From a virus (Duplodnaviria; Caudoviricetes), in IMG/VR virus record IMGVR_UViG_3300048803_000048, positions 1-51,968 of that record: 51,968 nucleotides of DNA; one strand, given 5' to 3'. Position 1 is the first letter of the stretch, and each line of letters begins with the position of its first letter. The notes beneath the pieces are model-generated. The model was given only the letters and a program-made list of their open reading frames with translations. It had not been told where the DNA came from and ran no database searches. Made by a program: the position numbers and the translations under genes. Below, in pieces: positions 18,598-29,517 of the stretch.

Positions 18598-20271
18598 TTA
18601 TCTCAAGTCACCGATGCCGAAGGTTGTTAAACCATCGCAGTAGATTCTACCATAGTAACGGTTAAGTACCATTTTCTTAGCATAACGAGTCATGACACCA
18701 CGGATTGGTGTGAAATCAAATGGGTTATACATTACAGGTGTTAACTGCATTGGTACGTAAGGAGCGTAGATGTAACCTGTTTCCAAGATACTTGTTCCTT
18801 TATGTCCGATAAGCACTGTGTTAGCAGGTGAATAAGGGTCACGATATACTATGTAACGTCCACTAAGTGTACCGATTTTTTCGATACCCATGTTGTATTT
18901 GTCCTGTTCTGGACTTGCGTTACTTACATGGAAATATTCAAGGTCATCGAATACTGCACTTACTTCAGGAGATACAACAATCCAAGAAGCACCACCACGA
19001 AGGGTTGCTTTGTGAATCTGAGCAGAAATCTGGTTAATCTTTGTTACCAAAGTTTGGTTCCAGTCCTTCTGTGTACCCATGTAAGCAGTTGTCTGTCTAC
19101 GAATACCATTATAGTCCCAACGATTTGTCCAAGCTGCGCCTCTACGAAGGTCACGAAGAATTTCACGGTCAATTTCTGCTGCCATTTGTTCTGACAATAA
19201 AGCTGTTAATTCTGCTTCAGCATCAATGTTATGGAAAGCTGATACGTCCTGTGCTAATTCAGGTGTCCACTGTGCACGCATTTTACGAGTTTCAACAGAA
19301 ACTGTAACTTGGTCAAGTTGGAAAGTTACTTCAGCCATTCTTGAATCTTCTTCCAAATCAGAGTAAACTCTGTATGTGAAGCTGATTGTAGGAGTGGTTG
19401 CTGCACTCATTGCTTGATAGCCATCTGTACCTGCGTATGAAAGGTCAACAATAAGGGTAATTCTGCCCAATTTATCAACCATTGCCTGTCCGTATTTCTG
19501 AACTTTTACGTTGAAAGGAAGTGAACTACCTGATACAACACTCTCACTTGCGAAAGGTGCTGGTGCAACAAATGTTACGTTTGAGGTAATTTTTAAACCT
19601 GCCAAGAATGATTCAGTATCCATCGGAACGCCTGTAGGACCAACTAATTTACCTTCGAAAGTGGTACTGAAACCACTAAGTACAACGGTAAGATATTTTG
19701 TTCCTGCTACCCATGCAAATGGAGTTTGAGTTGCTACGCCAGTTATAAAAGTGATTTCACCTTTACTTCTGTCGAACAATGATGTGCCTTCTTCAGCGTA
19801 TTCAGTTGCATAGAAAGCATCGTATAATGAACGGCTTTCAAACTGAGTTCTTGCTGATAATACTGTGGTTGCTGCGTTTTGATATGCACCATCAGGTGAA
19901 GTATGTGCAAACTGAAGAGGGTTAACTTGTACTCTTTCGCTTGCTTTAGGGTTGATATAGTACAATTTACCAATAGGTAAGTTAAGTGCTTGTACAGACA
20001 CGATGTCGTTTGCTAAAAGTTTAGCGAACACTCTACGGATAACTGGGAATGCAACGGTTTCAAACTGACCACTGTTATATGATTCAGTTGACTCGTTAAT
20101 CATGTGCGATAACTGGTTTTCGAAAAGCTGTGCGCAGTTCTCTTTTACGTTACCTTCAAGACCTTCAAGAAGACCAATTTTTTCCCAACGATTAGTAGTT
20201 ATTTCTCTTTGTTCACGGAGTTGTTTCAAACCAATGTTACCAACTTCCGCACTTTCTAATAAAAATCCCAT
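18598..20271 (-). CDS. gp23: Major capsid protein (T4 gp23-like)
   Basis: RKMRAQWTPELAQD...HNIDAEAELTALLSEQMAAEIDREI, YAPYVP, FTPIRGVMTRY. Confidence 0.97.
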   Translation of the reverse strand: MGFLLESAEVGNIGLKQLREQREITTNRWEKIGLLEGLEGNVKENCAQLFENQLSHMINESTESYNSGQFETVAFPVIRRVFAKLLANDIVSVQALNLPIGKLYYINPKASERVQVNPLQFAHTSPDGAYQNAATTVLSARTQFESRSLYDAFYATEYAEEGTSLFDRSKGEITFITGVATQTPFAWVAGTKYLTVVLSGFSTTFEGKLVGPTGVPMDTESFLAGLKITSNVTFVAPAPFASESVVSGSSLPFNVKVQKYGQAMVDKLGRITLIVDLSYAGTDGYQAMSAATTPTISFTYRVYSDLEEDSRMAEVTFQLDQVTVSVETRKMRAQWTPELAQDVSAFHNIDAEAELTALLSEQMAAEIDREILRDLRRGAAWTNRWDYNGIRRQTTAYMGTQKDWNQTLVTKINQISAQIHKATLRGGASWIVVSPEVSAVFDDLEYFHVSNASPEQDKYNMGIEKIGTLSGRYIVYRDPYSPANTVLIGHKGTSILETGYIYAPYVPMQLTPVMYNPFDFTPIRGVMTRYAKKMVLNRYYGRIYCDGLTTFGIGDLR

Positions 20272-20289
20272 TTTTAAATGTTTTAATTT

Positions 20290-21945
20290 TTATGATATTA
20301 TTTTTTTGTCTTTTCTTTCCACATATTCAATGATTCTTCTCATCTTTTTCATGTGGCTGTCGTCAGCATATGCAGTTACCTCTTCTAATTTTTGCTTTGA
20401 TGATGGCTGTATAGACACTGCAGCTTTATCTTCAACGCTTTCAGTTAAAGTTTTACGACTTTCTTTCATTTCTGTAAGAACTGCCTTATACTTCTTCTGT
20501 GAATCGGCAATATTATCAACTTTTTTAAATTCGTTGATAATTTTTATTTTATCGTCTTGAGTTAAAGCAAGTTCTTCATTTACCAATAGGTTGTTGACGT
20601 GTGCCAAATTAGTATTGAACAATGCCATATCTTTCAATTGATTGCGATACTTATCAAGTGCAGTCTTGTAGTTTTCAAGTAATGTACTAACTGACGTTTT
20701 ATACTTTTTAACCTCATTTATTTTTTTGGTCAATTGTTTATTTTCGTTAATTAATCCACTGAGTTTTTTTGCTGATTCATCAACACCTTGATGACGGAAT
20801 CTACCGTGTGTACCTTCATGGTCACCTAATTTACCCGGAGTTATTGTACCTGCTGAATAAGAAATTTGCATTGCTTCTTCAACTGGTTTTTCGCTTGGAG
20901 TACCCAATACGTCTTCAACGTCTTCGGGTTTAATTGGTTGTTCTTCATCAATCATAGGTTTGGTTGGTCCACCGGGATTAATTTTATTTGCACCCTGTCC
21001 ACCATTATTTTTCTGTTCGCCAAGTTCATCAATCATTGGTGTAGTAGGTCCACCAGGATTAATCCTGTTTGCACCTTGCCCACCATTATTTTTCTGTTCT
21101 TGAACTCCACCTATTGATGAAATCATTTCATCAAGTTTATTTCTCATTTCTACAAGTTGATTGTATGCAACACCCTTATTTCCGCTTTCCATATATGATG
21201 GCGACTGTGGGTTAATACCTTGAAGTTCCTCACCAAGTCCTTGCATTTTTGAAATTTCTTCCTCAATGCTTTCCATAGTAAGTATTTCATCGCTACCACC
21301 TGCGTTTCCAAGAGCATTGTTTACGCTCGATGTATCAAGTTCCGATATATCAAATTCTTCTGTCAGATTTGAAATAGGCTTACCTGAAGTTGGACCTTTA
21401 ATTTTTTCATTATAGACTTTGCCTTTTTCAGCTTCGCCCTTACCGATGTTAGGAGTTTTACCTTCAACATCTGCAGTGAAATCTTTTTCACGTTCTTCTT
21501 CAAGTACATCTTTACCCTTTGCTACTTTTTTTCCTTTAAATGGGTCACTTTTGCCAACAGTATCAGTGATTTTTACATCTTCTTCTACATTAGCTTCATT
21601 GACTTTTGCAACATCTTTCGATGGTACACTTGTTTTTGTAACAAATGGTTTGCCTTGTCCGGCAGTTTCTACGACCTTTTTGGTCTCTTCTTTTTGATTC
21701 TTCATATCAGATTCTTTGTTTATTCCAGTTTCATCTGATTTCTCAGACTCTTTACTCTCGTCCAATTTTTTATAGGACTCTTTTGCTGTTTTTTTATTTT
21801 TATTTAATTCTTCTTTTAGTAAATTGCTGAATTCCTTTGGAAACTCTTCCGCTAATTTTTTTTTAGCATTAGCTTCTGCAGCTTGTTGAATAATCTCATA
21901 ATCCACAAGTGCTTCCTTTATTATCGATTTATTATCGTTTGCCAT
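20290..21945 (-). CDS. Prohead core/scaffold protein (gp22-like)
   Basis: Acidic coiled-coil ORF between the protease and MCP; many (I/L/V)xE putative cleavage sites. Confidence 0.7.
   Translation of the reverse strand: MANDNKSIIKEALVDYEIIQQAAEANAKKKLAEEFPKEFSNLLKEELNKNKKTAKESYKKLDESKESEKSDETGINKESDMKNQKEETKKVVETAGQGKPFVTKTSVPSKDVAKVNEANVEEDVKITDTVGKSDPFKGKKVAKGKDVLEEEREKDFTADVEGKTPNIGKGEAEKGKVYNEKIKGPTSGKPISNLTEEFDISELDTSSVNNALGNAGGSDEILTMESIEEEISKMQGLGEELQGINPQSPSYMESGNKGVAYNQLVEMRNKLDEMISSIGGVQEQKNNGGQGANRINPGGPTTPMIDELGEQKNNGGQGANKINPGGPTKPMIDEEQPIKPEDVEDVLGTPSEKPVEEAMQISYSAGTITPGKLGDHEGTHGRFRHQGVDESAKKLSGLINENKQLTKKINEVKKYKTSVSTLLENYKTALDKYRNQLKDMALFNTNLAHVNNLLVNEELALTQDDKIKIINEFKKVDNIADSQKKYKAVLTEMKESRKTLTESVEDKAAVSIQPSSKQKLEEVTAYADDSHMKKMRRIIEYVERKDKKIIS
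20944..21099 (-). repeat. Intragenic tandem duplication, 81-nt period (EQKNNGGQGANxINPGGPTxPMIDE x2)
   Basis: Visible in both DNA and protein. Confidence 0.9.
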
Positions 21946-22083
21946 GTCTTAAAATATCGTAACTAATACTATAATTTTTATATAAATACATAATTTTTAC
22001 CAAAAAGTATTTTTTTTAATAAAAACACCCTTAATTTTCTTGCTTTTCAAAAAAATTATGCTTACACTATGCACCAAATTTTC

Positions 22084-22800
22084 TTACAGCAAAAATTTAT
22101 CAATTGCTGTAATTACCTTATCATCACCTTCTTTGAGATAAATTCCGTTCTTCTGAACATAATTTTCTCCAAAACTCATTTCGCCCTTATTGCCAGGAAA
22201 TAGGAATGCTCCGGGAGTTGATGGGGTTGCAACTAAGTCAAAACCAATTAATTCAAAGTCTGCTTGTACAAGATTCTCACCGTTTATTTCTTTAAGTGTA
22301 CCAACACCACGAGAAGATATACCTAATCTTATTTTATTTTGAAGGTATAGAACCACTTTATCACCAACCATAGAAACTATACCATATTTAATAAATCCGG
22401 GACTGACGATAATTTTAATTTCGCCAAAGAGAATATTTTCTTGTGCACCTTTACCCCACCACATTTTAGTAATCATGTGAGAGATATTTTGTAAAGAAAT
22501 TATGCTACTGTCAGGGTGGTCGGCTTCAGAAACCGCACTATTAGTATCAACCAACTTTTGGTACTCTAAAACTTGTGGTAATAAAACGTTTTTGGGATAT
22601 ATTCTGCCATTCTTGTTCTTAACACCCCATTTTTGAAGAATGCAGTCAATTAAAACTGGCTCGTTTGGCTTAAGAACAAATGCTTCATTAATAAATTTAG
22701 GATTTAAATCAGTATCTATATAACCCGCATCATGTTCAATTAAAATTCCGAATCCCGTATCACCTGCTTCCAATATCCTGCTTAATTGTTTCTTTAACAT
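22084..22800 (-). CDS. gp21: Prohead protease (T4 gp21-like)
   Basis: KNKNGRIYP, EADHP, NISH.I, GISSRGVG, FDLVATPSTPGA. Confidence 0.95.
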   Translation of the reverse strand: MLKKQLSRILEAGDTGFGILIEHDAGYIDTDLNPKFINEAFVLKPNEPVLIDCILQKWGVKNKNGRIYPKNVLLPQVLEYQKLVDTNSAVSEADHPDSSIISLQNISHMITKMWWGKGAQENILFGEIKIIVSPGFIKYGIVSMVGDKVVLYLQNKIRLGISSRGVGTLKEINGENLVQADFELIGFDLVATPSTPGAFLFPGNKGEMSFGENYVQKNGIYLKEGDDKVITAIDKFLL

Positions 22801-22964
22801 AACAATATCTTTAATATAAATAGTTTGTAACACTATTTTAGTTCAACAATTGCCTTTGGCTGTAGTTGACTTATTTTGTTTACTATAAATAGTCCTGAAA
22901 CTCCGATAAGATTTTATTATCTTTATATTTTTTCTGCTTCCGTATTTATAGTAAAAAACAAAGA

Positions 22965-25900
22965 ATGGCAAACAGTCCAGTAACCCAATATGGTAATGTT
23001 TTATTGATTGACCCTAACTTAGTTAATGTAAATACCGAAATGCCCAACAGCATACCTCCGTATCAAGACATGTTCATTTTTGCTGAACTAACCGCAAAAA
23101 GAAGAGGAAGAACTGTATTAGAAACTACTTCAGAAGGTATTACGAAGATTCAAGATAATGGTACTAATAATAATATTACTGTAAATTTTATTGGTAATAA
23201 TCAAGATACTTCACAACCAAATCCAAACTATTTAAATTTTACAACTAATTGGTATGATGGTAGTAGTGGAGATAGAATACAATTTGAGGGGTTTGGTATC
23301 ACAGGTATCAAAGTAATTGTAAACTCATCATTCATTCCCCAAGTAAATATTGATTTTGTTGACATAAGAGGATTGGCTTTTTTCAATCAAGCAAATTCAC
23401 CCTACAGAATATTATTCGATTTTCCACCGCCAATATTCAATTTAACACTTAAAGGATATTATGGTATGCAATTGGTATATAAATTACACCTTGTTAAATA
23501 TACGTCAGACTTTAAGTCAGAAAATGGTAATTATGTCATTAATGCGCAATTTATCGCATTAACATATGCACCATTGACTGATGTACTTTTCAGATACGTT
23601 ATTAATTTTCCGTTGATGCCAATGGCAAATAATGGTGATATGTCAATTAATCCCGATTCAGGTATGCCACCAAAAAACACATATGAATTAATATTAAAAC
23701 TTAAAAATTTATATACACAATATGGCGAAAAAAAGAATACAGATGTTGATGCACAGGAATATAAAAACACATTACAAAATCTAAGCAATTATGATGAGAT
23801 TATAAGTATTTTAAGTCAGTATAAAAATAATGATGGATTAAAACAGATTGGTACTCCCCAATTAATAGTTAGAAATGGGTCATATGTTGCAGATGGCGGT
23901 AAAGAATTAACTGTACTTAACAATCTCACGGACTACAATGGCTATATCAAAGAAATTCCAACAGAAGGACTACCAAATAACATAAGCCAGAGACTACTTA
24001 TTGTTTATTTGGTCAGTGCAATAACCCTTCCCACAGAAGATTTGACTGATAATCCTAATGCAAATATTAATATCAGAAGAAATGAAGCAATTAGAATATT
24101 ATCCAAATATCGACAAGAAGAATTGCTTAATAGAAGTACCGATAAATTAGGTAAATTTATCACAGATAGCGACATAAAGATTCCAAATATAAATGGTTTC
24201 ACAAGCAACCAAAATATTGCCTCTGCCACTCCAGAAATCACAAATTTATATGTTGGTCTGGATGTTACTGATTTTTATGTAAAATTATATAAAGAAAAAA
24301 CGGCTCAATTAAAATTAAAAGCCGATGCAATGGATAACATGAACGAGAAAATCAATAATATGGTTATAGAAAATCTCGGTATGAAGCCAACAATTTATAA
24401 TATATTTAAATTAATTTTAGATGATGTTGACACATTCTTTAAAGTATTGCGCACAACCGCATGTGATGCCGAAAATCACCATAAAACATATATTGATAAA
24501 ATTGTTAGGGGTAGCGGATATAAAGATACAGAAAATAAGATTTTTGCGTTTCCATTGGTCGTTAAAGATGAAAAGGTCTGCAATCAAATCAAACAATCAA
24601 GAACTGCACCAATAGAATTAAGTTATAATTTAGATGCAGAATTTCCAGAACTTAAATTAATTCGGGAATTTATCGAAACATTTACAAAACAGCAAACAAT
24701 AACTGCACTTTTAAATATGAAAGCAGAGCAAAATGCTAATGGTACATTTAAATGGATACCAATATCACCAGTTGATTCAAAACTCGCCAGCATTAATTTG
24801 GAAACTCCCTATTATGGCGTTGACAACTCTGACGGTGGCTCAACATCGCAACCAATCAATTTGTCAACAGAACCAAGGTTAAAACAGGTTTTTACAAAAC
24901 TAATAACGAGATTTTATATTCTTTCACAAAATTCATTTGCCGAAGGCTTTTATAGTACCGAAAAAGGTCAAAAAGAATTGGTCAGCATGTTCAGCCAGTC
25001 AGAATCAATTAACTTAGCATCTTCAATAACAAATAAAGAATTTGCTAATCTTCTACTCACTGCTGCTAAACACTATGGAACTGAAAATAATATAGAAGAT
25101 TTTTATGCATATGTAAAAGATAATATCCCCGACCTATATTCTTTCACTGAGGCAGAACAACCATTTTTCAAAATTTCGAATGGCGGTATTAATGTATATA
25201 CAAATAAGAAAAATTCACAATATGAGGGTTTTTCCATGTATAATGAAGACATTTCTCTTCAAACTTCAGAAGGCGGCAATAACCCAATTGATAATTTTCA
25301 GAAAAATGTCAAAAGAACCAAATGGAAAGAATTTTGGAATGGTAAAGTACTTGAAAGTTTATATGGATTTACTCAAGAAAATGTCTTTTTGATTAAAGAT
25401 AGTAGTCCAAGTGGTAGTGGCTTTAATAGTGAAGGTACTAATTCTCAATCACGCTTTATTGCTAAGCAAGGAACAATAAAAATTATTCCAGCAACACCCA
25501 AATCTAATTATGACGATTATGAAATAAAATTTTATAATGCCACAAATAATCAACTTCAATACGCAGAACCAACAACTGCCCTTTTATTTCAATTTTTTGG
25601 TACTAATACAACCAAAATAAACAGAAAAAAATTTATTGATTTTACAATAAGCAAAAATTTTGGCAATACTGCTTTTCCATTGGTGGGTGCAAATGCAATA
25701 CCTGAAGTCGAAAAATTAGAAATGTTTGGTGACGTTTCTGAAACATGGATTAGTCAATTATCTGAACATGACACTGAAATTTTGGCTGAAATAATAAGTG
25801 GCTACACTGACCCAAGTAAACCTGCTGAATATAATTCCAAATTTAATCCAAGATTAAGCGCATTAGTGCTGGCATCAAATTTTGGAACTACTTTAAGTCC

Positions 25901-27740
25901 ATTTAATGTTTATCCGCACTTTTTAAGCAGATATATTTTTAATGACCCTGCTGTAGTTGAAGTTCCCTCATTCTTACCTATTTATGTTGGTGCTTTGATT
26001 GACGTTATTTCCGGGACTACGGAATATAATACCATTTATGATTTTTTTATAAGTGGTTCTGGCAAAAATCTAAATAGTGGCGGTGTTTTTGTGTTTGCGG
26101 ATATGGTTGACATAAATAATGGTTTGGCTGAAAAAGATAAAGCATTATTTAAAATTGAATTCGAAAAATTCTATGGAAGTAATGGTCAACTTGGTAAACC
26201 ATTTTCTAACATTATATTACAATTAAGAACGTTATATGCTGGAGCACAATTAGCATCAAAAAATGCAAAAAGTGAATCTGAACGAATTAAATTAAAAGCA
26301 AAGTATTACGAAAGTATGTTAAATGCGAGCAACGGAAAAGCCTTCAATGTAGTGCTACAACCATTGTTAATTAATGTGGACACTTCAGCAAAAAACAACA
26401 TAATCAATTACAATCAATTAACATTCTTGCCTTGGACCAATACAGAAATAGGTTATGAATCTATTGATACAATTAATACTGGTGCCATTAATGGTATCAA
26501 AAAATATGTAAATAAAAATGCGGTTAATAGAAATTATTTTAAGGGATTATTTGAAAATTTAGCAATTGATATTCAAGCACAACAAACTAAAATTGCTAAT
26601 AAGGAAGAAGAAAATAAAAAAATGACTGGTGATGAAGACATTATCACACAAACATATTATTCGTTTAAAAACATTAATGATAAATGGCTCACATCTCCCA
26701 ATAAAAACAATAAAAATCTTGGATATCCGCTTGATATTAGTGAAAATTTAACCGCAACAAACAATCGAACATTAATAGATGCATTTGTTTTTGTCGATAG
26801 GGCAATGAACCCAATTGGAAATACAATTATCAATCCAGAAATGTTAATTGATTTAATGGATAATCCTGACGTATCAATATTTAGCGTATTGTCTCAAATA
26901 TTGTCCATGAACGGCTTTGAGTTCTTTCCATTGCAAAATTTCATGAAATTTGAAAATAAGGGTTGGGAAGAATCATTTAAAATCGACACTCAAATGGACA
27001 TAACTTCAAGTCCTGCATTCGTTTGCATGTATATTGGTGGTTCGTCAAGTTATCCAACAGGTATTGGAAATATGGGTGGTAATTTTGTTGATGACGGTAT
27101 TCTTGAAATCAGTACACCGGGAGTGCCCGATTTTTCACTTCAAGAATGTGAAGCAATTCCAACGGATGATAATCAAACGGCAAAAAATTCAGAATTTCCA
27201 TATAGAGAAGTAAGGGCATTTAGGGTTAAATTTGGTACACAGGCACAATCTATGTTCAAGGACATAAAAATAGACAGTAAGGAATATCCAGAAACCAATG
27301 AATCTTTGCAAATATTGTCAAGATTGGCGGGTGATAATAAATTAAATGCACCACCACCAAAAGGGCAGAACTTATATAACTTATACGAAAACAGGTCATA
27401 TAGGGCAACCGTATTAGGATTAGGAAATATGATGATTCAGCCAACGCAATATTTTCAATTGGAAAACATTCCAATGTATAATGGCGCATACATTATTTTA
27501 GGCGTTGAACATAATGTTGAACCAAATAAAATGACCACAAGTTTTACTGGCACTAAAATATTAAAATACCCAGTTCCAAGAGTATTGCAATCGTCTTCTA
27601 TTGTAGGTTTCGAAGGTGGAAATACGAATGATACTAATGTGGCAATGGCATCGGCAAATGAAGTTACAATTGGTGTAGGTGCTTTGGGCAACCCGCCACT
27701 ATCACAATTTAATTCATTATATACATTTAAAATCCAATAA
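22965..27740 (+). CDS. Large virion protein, probable baseplate hub/tail component
   Basis: 1591 aa; C-terminal Y.ATV..LGN..IQP.QYF.L.N.PM..GAY.I..V.H......M.T.F.G resembles hub/late-control-D C-termini. Confidence 0.6.
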   Translation: MANSPVTQYGNVLLIDPNLVNVNTEMPNSIPPYQDMFIFAELTAKRRGRTVLETTSEGITKIQDNGTNNNITVNFIGNNQDTSQPNPNYLNFTTNWYDGSSGDRIQFEGFGITGIKVIVNSSFIPQVNIDFVDIRGLAFFNQANSPYRILFDFPPPIFNLTLKGYYGMQLVYKLHLVKYTSDFKSENGNYVINAQFIALTYAPLTDVLFRYVINFPLMPMANNGDMSINPDSGMPPKNTYELILKLKNLYTQYGEKKNTDVDAQEYKNTLQNLSNYDEIISILSQYKNNDGLKQIGTPQLIVRNGSYVADGGKELTVLNNLTDYNGYIKEIPTEGLPNNISQRLLIVYLVSAITLPTEDLTDNPNANINIRRNEAIRILSKYRQEELLNRSTDKLGKFITDSDIKIPNINGFTSNQNIASATPEITNLYVGLDVTDFYVKLYKEKTAQLKLKADAMDNMNEKINNMVIENLGMKPTIYNIFKLILDDVDTFFKVLRTTACDAENHHKTYIDKIVRGSGYKDTENKIFAFPLVVKDEKVCNQIKQSRTAPIELSYNLDAEFPELKLIREFIETFTKQQTITALLNMKAEQNANGTFKWIPISPVDSKLASINLETPYYGVDNSDGGSTSQPINLSTEPRLKQVFTKLITRFYILSQNSFAEGFYSTEKGQKELVSMFSQSESINLASSITNKEFANLLLTAAKHYGTENNIEDFYAYVKDNIPDLYSFTEAEQPFFKISNGGINVYTNKKNSQYEGFSMYNEDISLQTSEGGNNPIDNFQKNVKRTKWKEFWNGKVLESLYGFTQENVFLIKDSSPSGSGFNSEGTNSQSRFIAKQGTIKIIPATPKSNYDDYEIKFYNATNNQLQYAEPTTALLFQFFGTNTTKINRKKFIDFTISKNFGNTAFPLVGANAIPEVEKLEMFGDVSETWISQLSEHDTEILAEIISGYTDPSKPAEYNSKFNPRLSALVLASNFGTTLSPFNVYPHFLSRYIFNDPAVVEVPSFLPIYVGALIDVISGTTEYNTIYDFFISGSGKNLNSGGVFVFADMVDINNGLAEKDKALFKIEFEKFYGSNGQLGKPFSNIILQLRTLYAGAQLASKNAKSESERIKLKAKYYESMLNASNGKAFNVVLQPLLINVDTSAKNNIINYNQLTFLPWTNTEIGYESIDTINTGAINGIKKYVNKNAVNRNYFKGLFENLAIDIQAQQTKIANKEEENKKMTGDEDIITQTYYSFKNINDKWLTSPNKNNKNLGYPLDISENLTATNNRTLIDAFVFVDRAMNPIGNTIINPEMLIDLMDNPDVSIFSVLSQILSMNGFEFFPLQNFMKFENKGWEESFKIDTQMDITSSPAFVCMYIGGSSSYPTGIGNMGGNFVDDGILEISTPGVPDFSLQECEAIPTDDNQTAKNSEFPYREVRAFRVKFGTQAQSMFKDIKIDSKEYPETNESLQILSRLAGDNKLNAPPPKGQNLYNLYENRSYRATVLGLGNMMIQPTQYFQLENIPMYNGAYIILGVEHNVEPNKMTTSFTGTKILKYPVPRVLQSSSIVGFEGGNTNDTNVAMASANEVTIGVGALGNPPLSQFNSLYTFKIQ

Positions 27741-27741
27741 T

Positions 27742-29484
27742 ATGGCATATGTATCAATAACAGAAGAAGGCGAAGCGTTTATTCGTGCAGTTTGTACAGA
27801 CAGTAAAACTGGTGGCGCAAAATTACTTTCGGGTAAAAATAAATATCCGATGCCATATACTGGTCCACCATTAGTTGACCAAACATGGACAGCTAATTTT
27901 ACCTATGGCGGTACTTTAGTAACTACAGGTGAAATGCTTGCAAATGCACTAATTGCTTGGTTCAATAAATATGGCGAAATGTATAAAATGGATGCAAATG
28001 TTATCGCTGCACAAGCATATATAGAATCTAAATATGTTATGTGGACATATTCTGGCGGTGACAGTGCCGCATCAGGAATAAATCAATTTGAAATGTCCAC
28101 TTTTTTTGGAATTGTTGTTGAAAATGACGGAAGTACAGCAAAAATGACTCCACCTGAAATAGCAACATTAATTGATGGGTTAGATGAAAATAGAAACAAG
28201 GATTCATATCATGTCAGAAGCAGTACATTTATAAATGCAAGGCATAATAGACCTATTCTTCATCAGAATATTATTGATAATCCGGAATTAATGATAAAGG
28301 CACAATGCCGATACATGAAAGACATAGCAAATAAAAGCGATTCTTTAACAAGCACAACACTATTTTGTTATAACAGAGGTTTATATATGTCAAACACATA
28401 CACTAAATCAATTCAAAGATGTAATAATGCAAATAAAGGCAACCCCGATTATCAAAAATCTGGTCTTGATTATGCATTAAAAGTTTTTGGTGTGTTAGGC
28501 GACCAAGACAATTTTCTCGAAACAAAAGGATTGCCAACAGGTTATAAATTAAAGGGCAAATGTTTTGGATATAATGAAATAAAATATCCTGATATAACAA
28601 AAGGAAATACTATTGTTTCTAATCCCAAAAATCTTAAATTAACAAAACCCTTTGATGCATTTGGTGCAAATGTAGCTGAATCCGCTAATTTCAATTTAGA
28701 CCCAAAATTTCCAAACGATAAAGTTGCAGAATATTTATCTAATTCTGTAAAAGACTATAGATATATTTACTATCCCTCAAATAGATATTATCAAACTTCT
28801 ACCGAAAAGAAACAAATCGTATTGCATCATACTGCAAGTGGTGATGGTTCAGCGCAAGACATATTATGGTGGGAAAAAAATTCGGATAAGGTTGCCGTAT
28901 CATTTATTATTACAAGACGTGGCGAAATACTTCAACTGTTTTCAACCAATTATTGGGCATATCATTTAGGAATAACAGATAAGTTATTAACTGAATATGG
29001 TACTGCTGGAATAGATAATGAAAAATTAAATAGTGAATCAATTGGAATTGAAATTGATAGTTGGGGCGGTTTAGTTTATTCTGATGGATATTGGTATCCT
29101 CCAGTACAAAACAGTAATACTGTTGCCGATACAAGAAATAAGCCAATCACCAATGTTATTCAATACACAGCACCACAATATTCTAAAGGATATCATGGGT
29201 TCTATGGTTTTGAAAAATATACACCCGAACAAATTGGGGCACTCAAAACCTTAATCTATGCGATAAGTTCAGTGTGGACTAAAATACCTTTAGGTTATGT
29301 TAATGATATATATTCCAGCGATAATGTAGATATGTGGGGTAAAGATATTGTTCCAGGCATTTGGACTGCGGAACACGATGCATACGCTCAAAAATCGGGC
29401 ATTTGGACACATGTTAGTTATCTACCAAGCAAATCCGACTGTCAACCGCAACCCGAATTAATTGCAATGTTAAAATCACTATAA
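27742..29484 (+). CDS. Two-domain peptidoglycan hydrolase: lysozyme/SLT-like domain plus Amidase_2
   Basis: IAAQAYIES...ASGINQF...YNRG (SLT-like); IVLHHTAS...AYHLG...SIGIEI...THVS..KSD..P (amidase). Confidence 0.8.
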   Translation: MAYVSITEEGEAFIRAVCTDSKTGGAKLLSGKNKYPMPYTGPPLVDQTWTANFTYGGTLVTTGEMLANALIAWFNKYGEMYKMDANVIAAQAYIESKYVMWTYSGGDSAASGINQFEMSTFFGIVVENDGSTAKMTPPEIATLIDGLDENRNKDSYHVRSSTFINARHNRPILHQNIIDNPELMIKAQCRYMKDIANKSDSLTSTTLFCYNRGLYMSNTYTKSIQRCNNANKGNPDYQKSGLDYALKVFGVLGDQDNFLETKGLPTGYKLKGKCFGYNEIKYPDITKGNTIVSNPKNLKLTKPFDAFGANVAESANFNLDPKFPNDKVAEYLSNSVKDYRYIYYPSNRYYQTSTEKKQIVLHHTASGDGSAQDILWWEKNSDKVAVSFIITRRGEILQLFSTNYWAYHLGITDKLLTEYGTAGIDNEKLNSESIGIEIDSWGGLVYSDGYWYPPVQNSNTVADTRNKPITNVIQYTAPQYSKGYHGFYGFEKYTPEQIGALKTLIYAISSVWTKIPLGYVNDIYSSDNVDMWGKDIVPGIWTAEHDAYAQKSGIWTHVSYLPSKSDCQPQPELIAMLKSL

Positions 29485-29485
29485 C

Positions 29486-29511
29486 AAAAAAGGCATCTTT
29501 CGATGCCCTTT
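29486..29511. terminator. Bidirectional intrinsic terminator
   Basis: AAAAAAGGCATC-TTTC-GATGCCCTTT. Confidence 0.75.
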
Positions 29512-29517
29512 CATTAT

